DNA of 64,000 nucleotides from Lama guanicoe (taxonomy: Eukaryota): assembly GCA_013239625.1 (NCBI GenBank), contig MU053594.1:2484127-2548126 (forward strand), given 5' to 3'. The translations under genes were made by a program, and so were the position numbers. Under the pieces are notes generated by a model. The model searched no databases, was not told where the DNA came from, and saw nothing but the letters and a program-made list of their open reading frames with translations. Shown here in pieces: positions 36,736-51,000 of this stretch. Each line of letters begins with the position of its first letter. Within the stretch, counting starts at the first letter, position 1.

Positions 36736-39700
36736 GAAAAGAATATAGGATCTTGGAAAGATGTGAATAAATTTTTGGCTTCTTAAAAATTTTCAGAAAC
36801 AAGTAACTGAACCACAGTTTTAGTAAAAATCAGAAGAAATGAAAGTTTGGCTGGGCAGCGCTGTGGGTCACCCGCACATTGTGGTGGCTCTAATTTGCAC
36901 AGATATGTAATTTTTCTCTAGCAGTGAGCTGCAGCTCCGGGAGAAGAATCTGCATAGAATTTAAAGGTATTCACAGCCCCCTGCAGTTCATCTCTGAGGG
37001 GGGGTCAAGGACTGCAGGTGAATAGCCCCTCCTACTGAGACGTCTCCATGAAGATGATGGACAGGCTTAGCTGGAAGAAGACGATGGGAGAAAATAAGTG
37101 ATTCCACTTAAAGGATAAGGTTATGCATTTTGTAGGTGGAGCAGCCATCTCCAGGTTTGAACTTGGGAGCAGCTGGCTAAAGAGAAAAGGATGAGAAGGT
37201 TATTGAAGGGGAGGAACCCCGGTGCCCAGGATGCAAACGTTGAAGATACCCAAGCTCCTTCTACCCAATTCTTTCCTTTTGTAGAAATTATTTATGTATA
37301 AATGCTGAACAGGAAGTGTGATGACTGACGAAAATAGCTATTTTTTTACCTAAGTCAGAAAGCTATTCCCTGTAGAATTACTATTGGCAAGAAAAATGAA
37401 CTTTTCTCCTGAGATATCACTGACAAGGTGAATTCGTGCTCTTGCACGTCTCCTGAGCCAGCACGGACGGTTCTGCTTGAAAAAGGGAACAGAGGTCTGT
37501 CTATCAGGTTTAAAGCCCATTGACAGTAGATGATTCAACCTTAAATCTTTCAACCTTAAGTAACAAATTAGTGAAAAAAATTGTAATGATATAACTACAA
37601 AATAGAAGCTACCACATTTGATAGCGTGAGAAATATGGCAATTGGCTTCTCATTTGAAGGCAACTTTGTCTTGGTGTTTTGTGACATCAGATCTGTCTTT
37701 ATTATGTATGATGTTCCAAATGTACTACCCTTCACCAAGGAGAGAGTCAGTTACCATCTGCTTGTTGCATTATAAACTGGCTGTGCATTACAAACGAAGG
37801 CCATTGGAAAAAAAGGTAAAACAAATCAAATGAAATGACAGTAGTGTTTTGGTTTATACTGGGGAATGTTTGCCAGCATGAATTTGGGAAGAGTTTCAGG
37901 TCTATCAGCGAACTTTCTTCTGTTCCTCCAATAACATTTGTCTGTCCAACTACTAGGGTGGTACATTCTCTGTTTTTTTTTTTCTTTGAAAGATTGTACT
38001 CAGTACCCAAACGCTGGGTGTTTCCTTTTGCTGAGTGAATGCAATCCACAGAGCTGCAGTCTATTTATGTTTACAAAAAAGAATTAAGCCTAAGATCAGA
38101 GGGAAAACACGGGTCTTCTCTACCCCTCAGGGCTGAATGCAGATACCCTTGTCTCTGTAGGAAGAGTGGGGTCCACAGCCTGCCCAGGAAGCCTTGAGGT
38201 GCTTCAGGGGCTGAAACAGCTGGAGCTGTTTGTCCATCAAAGGAAAGAGTAACCAAAACAGAAGAGAAGAGGTATTTTTCAAGATGGGGATGACTCTGGC
38301 TGAGAACGACCGCTCATCTTCAGTTTAAACTTCTATGGATTCCTGTTGAGGGGCAGACTTTTGAATAATAAAATAACTGATCTAAACCATCTGTCTTACA
38401 CCCTGCTTGCCAGAAGAGACTACATTATGTTTTATTAAGAAGGTGGAGGCTGTACCCGAAGCCAGATTTGTGGCTAGTCACAAACCTATCTGAAAACTTT
38501 AGAATTTCCCCCAAGATACCCTATTTTTGGAGGAATTGCCTTAAATGAGCAGACTATATAATATTAGGAATAGCAGTTACTTACAGAGTGCTCACTGTGT
38601 GCCAGGCACAACACAAAGTGCTTTATGTTGGTCTGTCTTCCTGCGCTCCGTTCAATTCTTTACCTCTTAGTAAAATTCCAGCCACCACCACTTCCTTCTA
38701 ACATGCTCTTTGTTTCCACACACGCTTTTCTTTTGGGACAATCCTTAGCTTCTTTAGTTCAGGGACTATGTATAGGGTTCTGTCCTTGGGATACTGAGGT
38801 AGGTAACCCAGACATCTCTTGTGACCTCACCAAACTCACAATCTGACCTACAGCTCCATTTGGCTGAATGGATGAGTATGTATTTATAAAGGTGACACAC
38901 ATGCAGGTGACACACATGTGCCTGATGGTGAGTTGATGAAACAGGTATATTCCTAGTGCCTCTGAGTCACAGTCCTCTCCGGAAAAAGCACTTGTTTCTC
39001 ATTTCACAGTCCATCAGGGGGCATCTAACAGGTTTACGGGAGACGGTCAGAGGTCTTCTGCATCTGGTGTATCACGGTCACTCTGTTATGACTTACTTTC
39101 TAGTCTCATGCTGAACACTGACCTTCTCCTGTGACTTTTACTCTCACTGATTTGGGAGATTCTAGATGTGTTTTTCTTCCCATCGTTGCCACCACGATGT
39201 GGAGACTAAGTCCCTTGCCCACTGATGTCAGGGGCATTTTTACTGGTGCCATGCACATCAATTTCTTATTAGTTGCTCGGTTGTCAAAGGTTTTGACTTG
39301 ACTTGTTTTTGGTGTATTCCAGCTCCAGGTCTCAGTTTTGTGCATGTAACTCTGTTTCATACTAAAAAATGCACACTTTTCTTGCTATGACACTCCAATT
39401 TTTCTCCTCTCAGAGTGACTTCCTTTCCATGTGGTATGCCCAGAGTCTTTATTTTTTAAGAGGTAGCCATAGTTCCTCATTATTTGGATGTTTGACCATA
39501 TGTCAACACCAATGCATTTAATCACTGACTATACCCTGAGCTCACTGGACTCCTGGGCGGAGACCTTCTTGGCATCACACCAGCCGTGCACTGGTCACTC
39601 TGTGACATTCTCCACACATATATACACACACTGTTACCACATATCTTCAGCGACAAACTAATATTGAAGCCTACTCTGACAACTGTTTGAGAATCCAGAC

Positions 39701-39934
39701 CCTCCTCCTGCCCCCTACTTTGAGAAGGATCATTAAACTATGAGTCACTACGCTAATGTTTCTAATTTCCTTACCTAACTGCCAAATCTAATGAGCATTC
39801 CCCCCTCCCCAGCCCTTCAGAGTTTCACCAATAAGCAAAGCAGTTTCAACCTGAAATTGAGGGGTGGGTCTGGGATTCAGAGAAAGAAGAAATTCTTTTT
39901 CTGGTAACTAAGGGGTATGACTCTTAACAGTAAC

Positions 39935-40140
39935 ACAGAATTTTTGAGTGTTTGTTCTGTCCTAAGCATGGTTCTAAGTTTTATATCTCCCCATTTAATC
40001 TTTATAAAATTATGAACTAGTGTATTATATATAATATCTTTACACAGATGAGAAAACTGAAGCACAGAAAAGTTAAAGCATTTGCCTCAAGTCACATCCC
40101 TGGACAGTAGAGCCAGGATTAGAGCCCAGCATTCTGCCCT
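39935..40140 (-). mobile_element. MIR SINE
   Basis: ttttgagtgtttgttctgtcctaagcatggttctaag...cagatgagaaaactgaagcacagaaaagttaa...gccaggattagagcccag. Confidence 0.8.
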
Positions 40141-40949
40141 GGAGCTCTTCTTTTAAGTATCTTGAAACAGGGATGCAGGTGGGAGGAAGAGTTTGAAGCA
40201 GAAAATGTACCTGTGAGCAGAGAGGATTCGTGATCACTCACTTATAAGTTGCAGGATGCACGCACACACGCATATGTATATACAAACTCACACATACATG
40301 CTCATGGACATGTACACACGCCCCCATGCCGTACACATGTACTCGCATGTGTCCACACTCACCTGGAGATGGTAAAGGGAATACCTGGGTTTTACCTTTG
40401 AAGAAATTCTCATTTCTAGTAACAGCCTGTGAATGCTACCCTAGGAAACCAAAATAGGAACAATGTGTCATCACGGTTGCTTTTATGTTTTTTCTCATTT
40501 ATGGACAATTTTTTTTAGCTTAAAGCTAAATACGGGTTCAAAATGAAACCTCTCTGAAATATGGTAATTTTTTGTCATAGCTATAACACAGTTATAAACA
40601 TATATATAACACAGTTTTAAACAGATAATTACAAGATAACTTTAAAATACAAAACAGATGGGAGCATTTAATAGATCGTTTGGTCTGAAGATGCACAGAG
40701 TCACATCAAAGAAAGTACAGTCTTTTCAGCCTGAAGTGGAGGACATCATTTCTACCTACTCCCTCTGTGGCGATCTGGACCCCAAAACCTCATACTGTAT
40801 CAAAAGCCACAACTGTGTAGAAGTTGGGACAATCTGGGGTCTGGCCTCTGGGTTTTGTCTAAGGCCACATCGCGTGTGAGGATGACTCTTGGAAGAGGTG
40901 CTCACCTCCCTAAACCCCTGTGGGGAGCCGTTGTTTTAGCTGGGATTGT

Positions 40950-41286
40950 TCGGTGCTAAATGCTTGTATCTTTCTAAAATTTATGTGTTGAAATTGTAAT
41001 CCCCAATGTAATAGTATTAGGGGGTGGAGCATTTGGGAGGTAATTAGGTTATACCCATGGAGCCCTCATGAAGGGGATTAGTGGCCTCATGAAAGAGACC
41101 TGAGAGAGGTCCCTCACCTCTTCATCCGTGAGGACACAGGGAGAAGACAGTCATCTATGAACCTGAAATGAGGCCCTCACCAGACACTGAATTTGCCAAC
41201 ACCTTGATCTTGGACTTCTCGGTCTCATTGTTTAAGCCACCTGAGCTATGATATTCTTGTTATCACAGCCCAAACAAATTAAGATA
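40950..41286 (+). mobile_element. MaLR LTR (MLT1A/B-like)
   Basis: atgtgttgaaattgtaatccccaatg...tttgggaggtaattagg...ccctcaccagacactgaa...accttgatcttggacttc. Confidence 0.85.
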
Positions 41287-44197
41287 GGTGCCAAGAGTTA
41301 GAATGTCACTCAGGTAAGCTCAAGCACACGTGGACATCACTGAAAAGATACAGAAGGACCTCCCTTAACCAAAGGTAAGAGGTGCAACCACCTTCCTCTT
41401 CCATTGCCTTCTCCCGGGCTGTGTTCCCACGTCTCCGCTCCTCTCTTTGCCTGCATCATTGTCCTCTGTTTTTGCAAGATAGCTCTTTCTGCTTTGCATG
41501 TACTTGACCTGACTCAAGCTTTATATCCCTTTATGTGCACATCACAGTCTGACCTGACTTTGAGTTGCATTTCAGACTCATGGAAGAGAATCTGGCACTT
41601 GGGTTAGGTGTCCACTCTTGGTTCAATCAGCTGTGGTGAAACAGGGGGATGTGACTGTCCAGCTGCTGGCTCAGGAGGGTTGTTGGTGCAGACTCTCCCA
41701 CTCTCCAAGAAAAACGGGACATGGGCAGAGAAGGGGATGGGAGTTTTAACTACCAGAGAAAATGGTTTCTGCATCAGCAGCACAGCAGAGATCACTTTTC
41801 CTTGCATACAGTAATTGAATGCTGTGAAGTCTTAAGAGCAAGTTTGTGTAAATAAGGTCATACAAACATTAATACCTGAATACTGAGGCACAGAAAGGTT
41901 AACACGGTTGCCTGAAGCCACAGCCCTACGTGGTAGAGTCAGGATTAGAGCCCAGTACTCTGTTCTTGAGCTTGTTCTGTTAAGCATCTCAGACTAGGAT
42001 GCAGGCGAGAATGAAACCAGGAGGAAGATTTTGGACCAGAGACAGAAAGTTGAAGCAGGGAGGATTGAGGATAATCTGCACAAGTACACACGTACACACA
42101 CACACACACAGATGTACACACTCTTGGACACACACACAGTCTCAATCTGAGCCCTTGCAGGTGTTAAGACCCTTCCCTCAAGCATTTCTGCGCATCCCCA
42201 AGGGGTGTCTTACCTATTCCTGGGGGCCTGAGCTACTCTTATTTTGAATTCTGCACCAATTTGTGCCACTGTGGCTCCAGCTGGTCTTGCTCTATGGGTC
42301 ACACGTGCTGCCCGGTCAGCTGGGGCCAGAAAGGTTGAAGAATCAGCCACCATCTGAGACCACCTCTCTTTGTGACCTGCTAGGCTTTGCTGCTGATCTG
42401 CTCTGTGGGGCACGTTTTCTTTTTGACTCCTTTCTGCACTGTGGTTTCCACTGTATTTTCAGCTCTGTTCCATCATGAAGAGCTGAGAGGTCTGAACCTC
42501 AGGACTGAACACTTCCAAGCTTTTATTCCAACAAGGCTCCTTGTTTCTGTGTAAACTAGTGATTGCAACTGGATATTTGGGATTTGGGGTATGTGCTATT
42601 CATTACTAACTCCATATGCTCCTTGAGACCCCGAGACACACACAACTTGCCAGATTTTTGTCTCAGGGACTCGTGGGACTTCCAGCTTTCCTACACACTG
42701 TGAGCAGGTCCTTCACACACATCACAGTCCTTTCCTGGTGGTTGATCGTGTACCAATATCCTTTAGACATGGAGTTCTTTACCTGGATTCATGGACCCCT
42801 AGAATATATTTAATTGTAATATTGTTCACAAAATATAATTTTGATCAAAGGTCCAGGATATTTCCAAGTTTTGAACACAAATTTTCATTGGTGTCTATCA
42901 TTCTTTCATCATGGTGATGGCTGTTATTAATAAATACAAGATACAGGCTACTTACTTTTAACTTCTTATCCGATTTTAAAGGCATAAATGGGACTGCCTA
43001 CAGTGGTCATCAGGATTTCTTTCCTTTTGCTGATAGGCAAAGTGAAGCAGTAGACTAAGAAATTCCTCCTCCTAATTAACTAATTGTGTAATCACGGATT
43101 ATTTAATTTGTCTGAGCCCCATCTTCCTTCATTACAAAATGAGATTGGAGTAGACTATCTTTAAGTTGTTGAGATACCAATATCATACAACTTCAGAACT
43201 CTTTTTCCTTTGGGGAGAAATAAATACTACATAAATCATATCAGGGAAATTTTAAAAAGAGAAATTAATTCTAATCCATTCTTCAATGTAGCTTTGAATC
43301 CATGGTTTATTTCCCAGGGGCTTGTTCAATGTAGTGTAAATCTATTCAACTAATTTGGCCTTACAGTGTATAAATAGCATTTAAAAAAAAAGCACATTGG
43401 ATACTAGTGGCTTCTTAAAGCTGTGTAATATCAACCAATAGAAGCAGGAATTTAAAATTCTTCCCTTTTGTTATTTTAGAGTTCTATATAATTGATTAAG
43501 TCACAGATCACTAGTAGATTCTAAATCAATTTTGAACAAATTACTTTCTTCCTATCTGTTTACTGAAGTGTAAGTACAGAAAATATTTAATATTTCTGCT
43601 GTAGAATTAGCAGTTGGAGTTCATGTCAACTACTCATAGATTTATGAAAGTTGGATTTAAAAAATAATTATACACTAATGAGTTTGTCTTTAGAGTTTAG
43701 AAAGCACAAAACTTATTTCAAATTAATATGGTCCATTGTCTCTGCTTTTTAATGAAATTCCTTTCTGAGGCTGATTTATTCATGAAACCACTACCAGGCA
43801 CAGGGCAGTGGGCTCTGAGGTAGTTCACACATGTGCTTCTTTCGAAAGGTTCAGACACTTGCTTGAAAAAACAAGCTACCATAGCAAAGCCTGGAGCTCA
43901 GGTTCCAGTCTCTGTCCCACATATGTCCTTGGGGACACGAGATCTAGGATTGGAGGGGTCTGGAGCTGTTGACCACACCCCGGCTACCTGGAGCAGAGAG
44001 CTGTTCTCAAGACGATGTTTCCCAAACTTCCTTAATGGAAAGAATAATCGACATTGTTTGGAAGATAGAGGCTCCCCAGTCCCCCATCCTGAGGTTTTGA
44101 TTCCCCAGGGAAGGGTTGGGACCTGAAAATTTGTATTATTAATGAGTACCTTGGGTCATTTTTTTTTCATCAAGCAGTTTGGGAAAACATTTCACTA

Positions 44198-45672
44198 AAT
44201 TTTTTTAAAAAATTGAAGTATAGTCAGTTTACAATGTTGTGTTAACTTCTGGTGTACAGCATAGTGATTCAGTTATACACACAGACATATATATATTCCA
44301 TTTTATATTCTTTTTTTTGATGAGGGTAGATAATTAGGTTTATTTATTTATTCCTAGAGAAGATACTTGGGATTGAACCCAGGACATTATGCATGCTAAG
44401 CATGCACTCTACAAATTGAATTATACCCTGCCCTCTCCTTTTCATATTCTTTTTTTTTATAAGCTATTACAGTGTATTGAATATGGTTCCCTGTGCTATA
44501 AAGTAGGACTTTGCTGTTTATCTATTTTATATATAGTAGTTAGAAACTGCACATGTTGAATTCTCAATTTATCCCTCACCAACCCCTTTCCCCCAGTAAC
44601 CATAAGTTTGTTTGTTTTCTGTCTGTGAGTCTGTCTCTTTTCTGTAAATAATTTCACTTGTGTCATTTTTTAAGATTCTGCATATAAATCATATCATATG
44701 GCATTTTTCTTTCTCTTTCTGGCTTATTTCATTTAGTATAACAATCTCTAGATCTATCCATGTTGTTGCAAATGATGCTATTTCATTTTTTATGGCTGAG
44801 TAGTATTCCATTGTGTATATGTACCACAGCTTCTTTATCCAATCTCCTGTTGATGGACATTTAGGTTGCTTCTGTGTCTTGGATACTGTAAATTGTGCTG
44901 CTATGAACATTGGGATGCATGTATCTTTTCTTTTTTTTTAACATTTTTTATTGATTTATAATCATTTTACAATGTTGTGTCAAATTCCAGTGTTCAGCAC
45001 AATTTTTCAGTCATACATGGACATATACACACTCATTGTCACATCTTTTTCTCTGGGAGTCACCATAACATTCTGTGTATATTTCCCTGTGCTACACAGT
45101 ATAATCCTGTTCATCTATTCTACAATTTTGAAATCCCGGTCTATCACTTCCCACCCTCCACCCCCCTGGCAACCACAAGTCTGCACTCTCCATCTATGAG
45201 TCTATCTCTGTCCCATATTTACGCTTTGTTTTTGTTTGTTTGTTTGTTTTTGTTTTTGTTTTTTAGACTCCACATATGAGCGATCTCATATGGTATTTTT
45301 CTTTCTCTTTCTGGTTTACTTCACTTAGAATGACATTCTCCAGGAGCATCCATGTTGCTGCAAATGGCATTATGTTGTCGGTTTTTATGGCTGAGCAGTA
45401 TTCCATTGTATAAATATACCACATCTTCTTTATCCAGTCACCTGTTGATGGACATTTAGGCTGTTTCCATGTTTTGGCTATTGTAAATAGTGCTGCTATG
45501 AACATTGGGGTGCAGGTATCTTTTCAAATTAGAATTTCCTCCAGATATTTGCCCAGGAGTGGAATTGCTGGATCTTAGGGTAAGCCTATTTTTAATTTTT
45601 TGAGGAATCTCCATACTGTTTTCCATAATGGCTGCACCAAATTACATTCCCAGCAACAACATAGGAGGGTTT
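44198..45672 (-). mobile_element. Composite L1: older 3' copy carrying a SINE and a younger L1 (44931-45515)
   Basis: Two successive ORF2-end ORFs, both starting MFIAA and containing [14 protein letters not shown] (44689-44910, 45263-45505); gtatcttttc at 44921-44930 and 45516-45525. Confidence 0.9.
44319..44436 (-). mobile_element. tRNA-Ala-derived SINE (vic-1 type, long tail)
   Basis: gggattgaacccaggacattatgcatgctaagcatgcactctac; TSD atattctttttttt on both sides. Confidence 0.85.
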
Positions 45673-46156
45673 AGGGAGATTTTTCAACCAGAAATTATTT
45701 TTTTGTGTGTATTTCAAGGCTGATTATTTTTCATTTGACCCTGTAAAAATACCTGTTGGGTTTTAAGAAAATAAACCACCTAATTTCACATCCCAGGGGT
45801 TTACACACTGTGTCCACATTGAGCAGACTTTCAAAAAATAATATGGTGTTTCATCATTTACTGACACAGAAGAAGTGTAATGAAAAATCTCCCTGATTTT
45901 TGATGTCCTAAGACTAGACTCTTAAAAGATGGAGGAGGGCTTGGTGTTCAGAATGCTTGTCCACTTTCCCTGCCTTTGGCCTCTGTGGAAAAGAGGTAGG
46001 ATTCACATAATCTTTCAAAAATATTTTCCTATATTTCATGCTTTCTATGCTCAAAGCTTCTCATTATTCTCTTCAAGGGTTTCTGTGACCTGTCAATTAC
46101 CTAAAGGCTTTTCCTACGCTGTAGAAATTCTCCATTTCCCTTTGTGTATGTATGTA

Positions 46157-46194
<38 letters not shown>

Positions 46195-46394
46195 TTCTGC
46201 TCTGACTTTTAACCTATTTAGCAGCACCGCATAAAAGTATGGACAAGTCAGATGAAAATTAAAGCATTTTGGTATATTTTTCACAGTTGTAATGAAAGGT
46301 TTGGTGAAGAAAGGAATTAAAATGACAGCTTTCCATGACATGTTTGCTATTGGTGATTTGAAAAAGCATATGAATTGTACATCTTATTCTCTAA

Positions 46395-46848
46395 TTTTTT
46401 TAAACATTTTTTATTGATTTATAATCATTTTACAATGTTGTGTCATATTCCAGTGTTCAGCACAATTTTTCAGTCATTCATGGACATATACACACTCATT
46501 GTCACATTTTTTTCTCTGTGATTTATCATAACATTTTTTGTATATTTCCCTGTGCTATACAGCGTAATCTTGTTTATCTATTCTACAATTTTGAAATCCC
46601 AGTCTATCCCTTCCCACCCTCTACCCCCCTGGTAACCACAAGTCTGTATTCTCTGTCCATGAGTCTATTTCTGTCCTGTATTTATGCTTTGTTTTTGTTT
46701 GTTTGTTTTTGTTTTTGTTTTTTAGATTCCACATATGAGCGATCTCATATGGTATTTTTCTTTCTCTTTCTGGCTTACTTCACTTAGAATGACATTCTCT
46801 AGGAGCATCCATGTTGCTGCAAATGGCATTATGTTGTCGGTTTTTATG
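46395..46848 (-). mobile_element. Young L1 3' end, same subfamily as 44931-45515
   Basis: Near-identical to 44940-45390 (aacattttttattgatttataatcattttacaatgttgtgtc...ggcattatgttgtcggtttttatg). Confidence 0.92.
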
Positions 46849-47892
46849 AAAAATTTCTTTTGTGTGTGAGCCTTAATTTGTTTTCTGTGAATAGGATTTC
46901 TTAATAGAATATAAGATTGGTCATTATCCACACTTTGTATATTTCTCTATTATTGGATTCCCTTCTCAACTCAACTGTGATACCTTTTTCAGTTTCTCTC
47001 CTTAAGCTAATTCTCTCATGTAAAAACTGCCTAGGATTTCCTAAAACATAGTGTTTAGAAATTTGTAAAGTTTTGCTGTTTTACAGAAGATGCTACTGAC
47101 TATAAATCCGATGTAACAGTGTTGTGAAGATATCTCATAAAATGCATCTCTCATAGAAAAACTTATGACTCAATTCTTTGTATCTGGAGGACTTTCCAGG
47201 AATTTGTGTGGTCTTATGGGCCAGAAGTGGGCACTGATTACCTGTGTGAACAGTCCCTGTGAGCAATGTTGTCCCATGAAATCAATGCCATGCTTAGGTT
47301 GTTGTTTTAACTTCTGATATGGTTTCAAAAGAAACACAAGAAGCAAGCCATGCTCCAAATGAAGCATTTTACTAATGCTGCACCACAGTTAATTCTTAAA
47401 AACAAGATTTGCAATTCAAAGAATTTTGAACTTTTAAAAAAGATTTACATCTTTTGAACACAAAGCAGAGTCAGCTTTCTCTGGGCTCATTATAAAAACC
47501 AAATCATGGTCACCATCACAGAAAATAGTTTTGTTATTTCTTCTTGTTCCTTAGTAGATAATGAGAGGTCAGGTCAGGTTGATGTAATTCAGAGGAGGAT
47601 CTGCTCAAGATAAAGACAGATGATGCAGAGAAGAAGTAGCCTGTGCCGATGTTGTCTCGGGTAAGCCTTGTTGGCATATGCTTTCTTTTGCCATTTTAAC
47701 GTGACAGGTTCAAAGCTCAAAATCACAAGCAGACTATGGGATTTATAGCATATGAGATATTATCTCTAATGACTTAATAAAGAAGCACTGGATTTCAATC
47801 CAGTGATTCTTTTGAACACTTCCATGACATAATTACCTATTTTCTTGTTCTGTATATTTGCAATCCATTGAAAAGTCAGCGTAAAAGTATTT

Positions 47893-47960
47893 GTATACTT
47901 TACACTGGAAATTGACACAACATTGTAAACTGACTATAACCCATTAAAATATAATTTAAA
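47893..47960 (+). mobile_element. Very short L1 tail with 10-bp TSD
   Basis: acactggaaattgacacaacattgtaaactgactataac; aaaagtattt at 47883-47892 and 47961-47970. Confidence 0.8.
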
Positions 47961-48036
47961 AAAAGTATTTAGAGTACTCAGATGTTCAAGAGTCAGAATG
48001 TTGAGCCATTTTGTCAGGGTTAGTTATTTGAACTAG

Positions 48037-51000
48037 TAACAAAGAATTTGCTGTATGATTCTTGCCTTTTCTCCCCTTTCCTCCCATATAGTTCATCCTT
48101 GTAACAAACAACTGGTTGTGCTCAGCCAGTGTGATGTATCCATAACCACCTTTCCCTTCCCTCACTTTTGTGGTTTGCTATTGTATGAAAGGAGGACGCA
48201 GTGATGACTGCCTCAGAAACAATAAACACTGGTTTTTACCAAAATGGGAAAACAATGCTCTCCATCAGGGGCCATGCCTCTGTGCCCCATTTTAGAGAAG
48301 AGGAAACACAGTAACATTATACCTTGGGAGGATGTAAGTTTCCAAAGAGAGTGCTGATTTGGGGAACAAGGTGTGCTCGAAGTTGAGTTAGCATGGAGGA
48401 GGTCGTGTACAGCAGTGTCTGGCTGTCTTCTCCTAACAGTTACGCTACAGGACTATCAACAGGAGACCCCTCTCTTGTTCCTTTCAGACAGCTGTTTAAT
48501 TAGCCCAGTCTTCCCTGGTACTCTTGGAGGTGTTCAAATAATATCCTGGATGCTGGCGAAGCAAAACATTCTTTCAGCACCACTGGTGAATTTTCCATTC
48601 AAACCCAGTCTCAGCTCAGCTGAAGTGGAGAACTACTCACGTATCCAAGCTATCAGACTCAAGGCTGGCTGGGAAGCTGCTTCTCTGTGTGGGTCAAATG
48701 CATCTAGTCAGGGTAGATATGCAACAGCAGGGAGAATGAGATAGTAGCAAGGAGAGAGGGTTGGGTGCTGCAGGCAGTGTGGCCACATGTACATACAGGG
48801 TGGCTGGTGGGTTAGTGCAGTCATGTGCTCCTGGCCAGAAAGAAGAGGCAGGGTAGAAGGTTCAGCTTTAACTCCACCAACATAAGGCAGACTTATGGCA
48901 ACTAACATCATCCCTCCCAGGTCTGAAAAGTCGGATTCTATGTGCTTTATGAATATGCCTTGGCAAATCCCATTTAACTTATTTTACTCCTTTGCCACTT
49001 ATTTAACATGCAAAGGAAAAGAAACAGTAAAAATATAAACAGTAGTTGCTATAAAGCACTTTAAAAGGAAAGAAGCTATCCCCTAGACGTTTTAATGAGG
49101 AACATAAAAAAGCAACAAAATTTTTATAGTATATATTTTACTCAAAAGTTTTACTTGAAGTTGTCTAATGAATATGTCAAGCTAAAGCAATGATTATTTG
49201 ATTTTAAATTAAAATTAATTTGTCTATTTACTCAAACTTCTAAATTATGGGGGAAGAAAAGTGTAGAGATTAAATCATCCTCTTATTTTGCAGTAAATTT
49301 TTCTTACTGTTTATTCATAAAGTACTTTCAGCAAGGCTCCCACAGCCTTTTCAATGATTGAAATAAAGTAAAGCTCAAGATAAAGCAGAGTAGAAACTCA
49401 GAGCTTAAGTTCTGGTTCAGGTCTCTTGTTTTTGTCTTCTTGGGTTTAGATACTGACTTAGTACAACAGAGAGTCTAGTGATGGAGAAAATTGACATGAG
49501 TAGCATGATAAAACATTTGTAGGGTCAAAATCCTTAAACNNNNNNNNNNNNNNNNNNNNNNNNNNNNNNNNNNNNNNNNNNNNNNNNNNNNNNNNNNNNN
49601 NNNNNNNNNNNNNNNNNNNNNNNNNNNNNNNNNNNNNNNNNNNNNNNNNNNNNNNNNNNNNNNNNNNNNNNNNNNNNNNNNNNNNNNNNNNNNNNNNNNN
49701 NNNNNNNNNNNNNNNNNNNNNNNNNNNNNNNNNTAACAAAGAATTTGCTGTATGATTCTTGCCTTTTCTCCCCTTTCCTCCCATATAGTTCATCCTTGTA
49801 ACAAACAACTGGTTGTGCTCAGCCAGTGTGATGTATCCATAACCACCTTTCCCTTCCCTCACTTTTGTGGTTTGCTATTGTATGAAAGGAGGACGCAGTG
49901 ATGACTGCCTCAGAAACAATAAACACTGGTTTTTACCAAAATGGGAAAACAATGCTCTCCATCAGGGGCCATGCCTCTGTGCCCCATTTTAGAGAAGAGG
50001 AAACACAGTAACATTATACCTTGGGAGGATGTAAGTTTCCAAAGAGAGTGCTGATTTGGGGAACAAGGTGTGCTCGGAGTTGAGTTAGCATGAAGGACGT
50101 TGTGTACAGCAGTGTCTGGCTGTCTTCTCCTAACAGTCACGCTACAGGACTATCAACAAGAGACCCCTCTCTTGTTCCTTTCAGACAGCTGTTTAATTAG
50201 CCCAGTCTTCCCTGGTACTCTTGGAGGTGTTCAAAGAATATCCTGGGTGCTGGCGAAGCAAAACATTCTTTCAGCACCACTGGTGAATTTTCCATTCAAA
50301 CCCAGTCTCAGCTCAGCTGAAGTGGAGAACTACTCACGTATCCAAGCTATCAGACTCAAGGCTGGCTGGGAAGCTGCTTCTCTGTGTGGGTCAAATGCAT
50401 CTAGTCAGGGTAGATATGCAACAGCAGGGAGAATGAGATAGTACCAAGGAGAGAGGGTTGGGTGCTGCAGGCAGTGTGGCCACATGTACATACAGGGTGG
50501 CTGGTGGGTTAGTGCAGTCATGTGCTCCTGGCCAGAAAGAAGAGGCAGGGTAGAAGGTTCAGCTTTAACTCCACCAACATAAGGCAGACTTATGGCAACT
50601 AACATCATCCCTCCCAGGTCTGAAAAGTCGGATTCTATGTGCTTTATGAATATGCCTTGGCAAATCCCATTTAACTTATTTTACTCCTTTGCCACTTATT
50701 TAACATGCAAAGGAAAAGAAACAGTAAAAATATAAACAGTAGGTGCTATAAAGCACTTTAAAAGGAAAGAAGCTATCCCCTAGACGTTTTAATGAGGAAC
50801 ATAAAAAAGCAACAAAATTTTTATAGTATATATTTTACTCAAAAGTTTTACTTGAAGTTGTCTAATGAATATGTCAAGCTAAAGCAATGATTATTTGATT
50901 TTAAATTAAAATTAATTTGTCTATTTACTCAAACTTCTAAATTATGGGGGAAGAAAAGTGTAGAGATTAAATCATCCTCTTATTTTGCAGTAAATTTTTC

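Noticed and set aside
44689..46931. ORFs with FIAA..KQPKCPS motifs
   Set aside because: L1 ORF2 remnants and antisense readings, not host genes.
48373..50608. Apparent duplicated gene pair (123/113 aa and 67/67 aa ORFs)
   Set aside because: Result of the gap-flanking duplication; no splice structure or recognisable domain.
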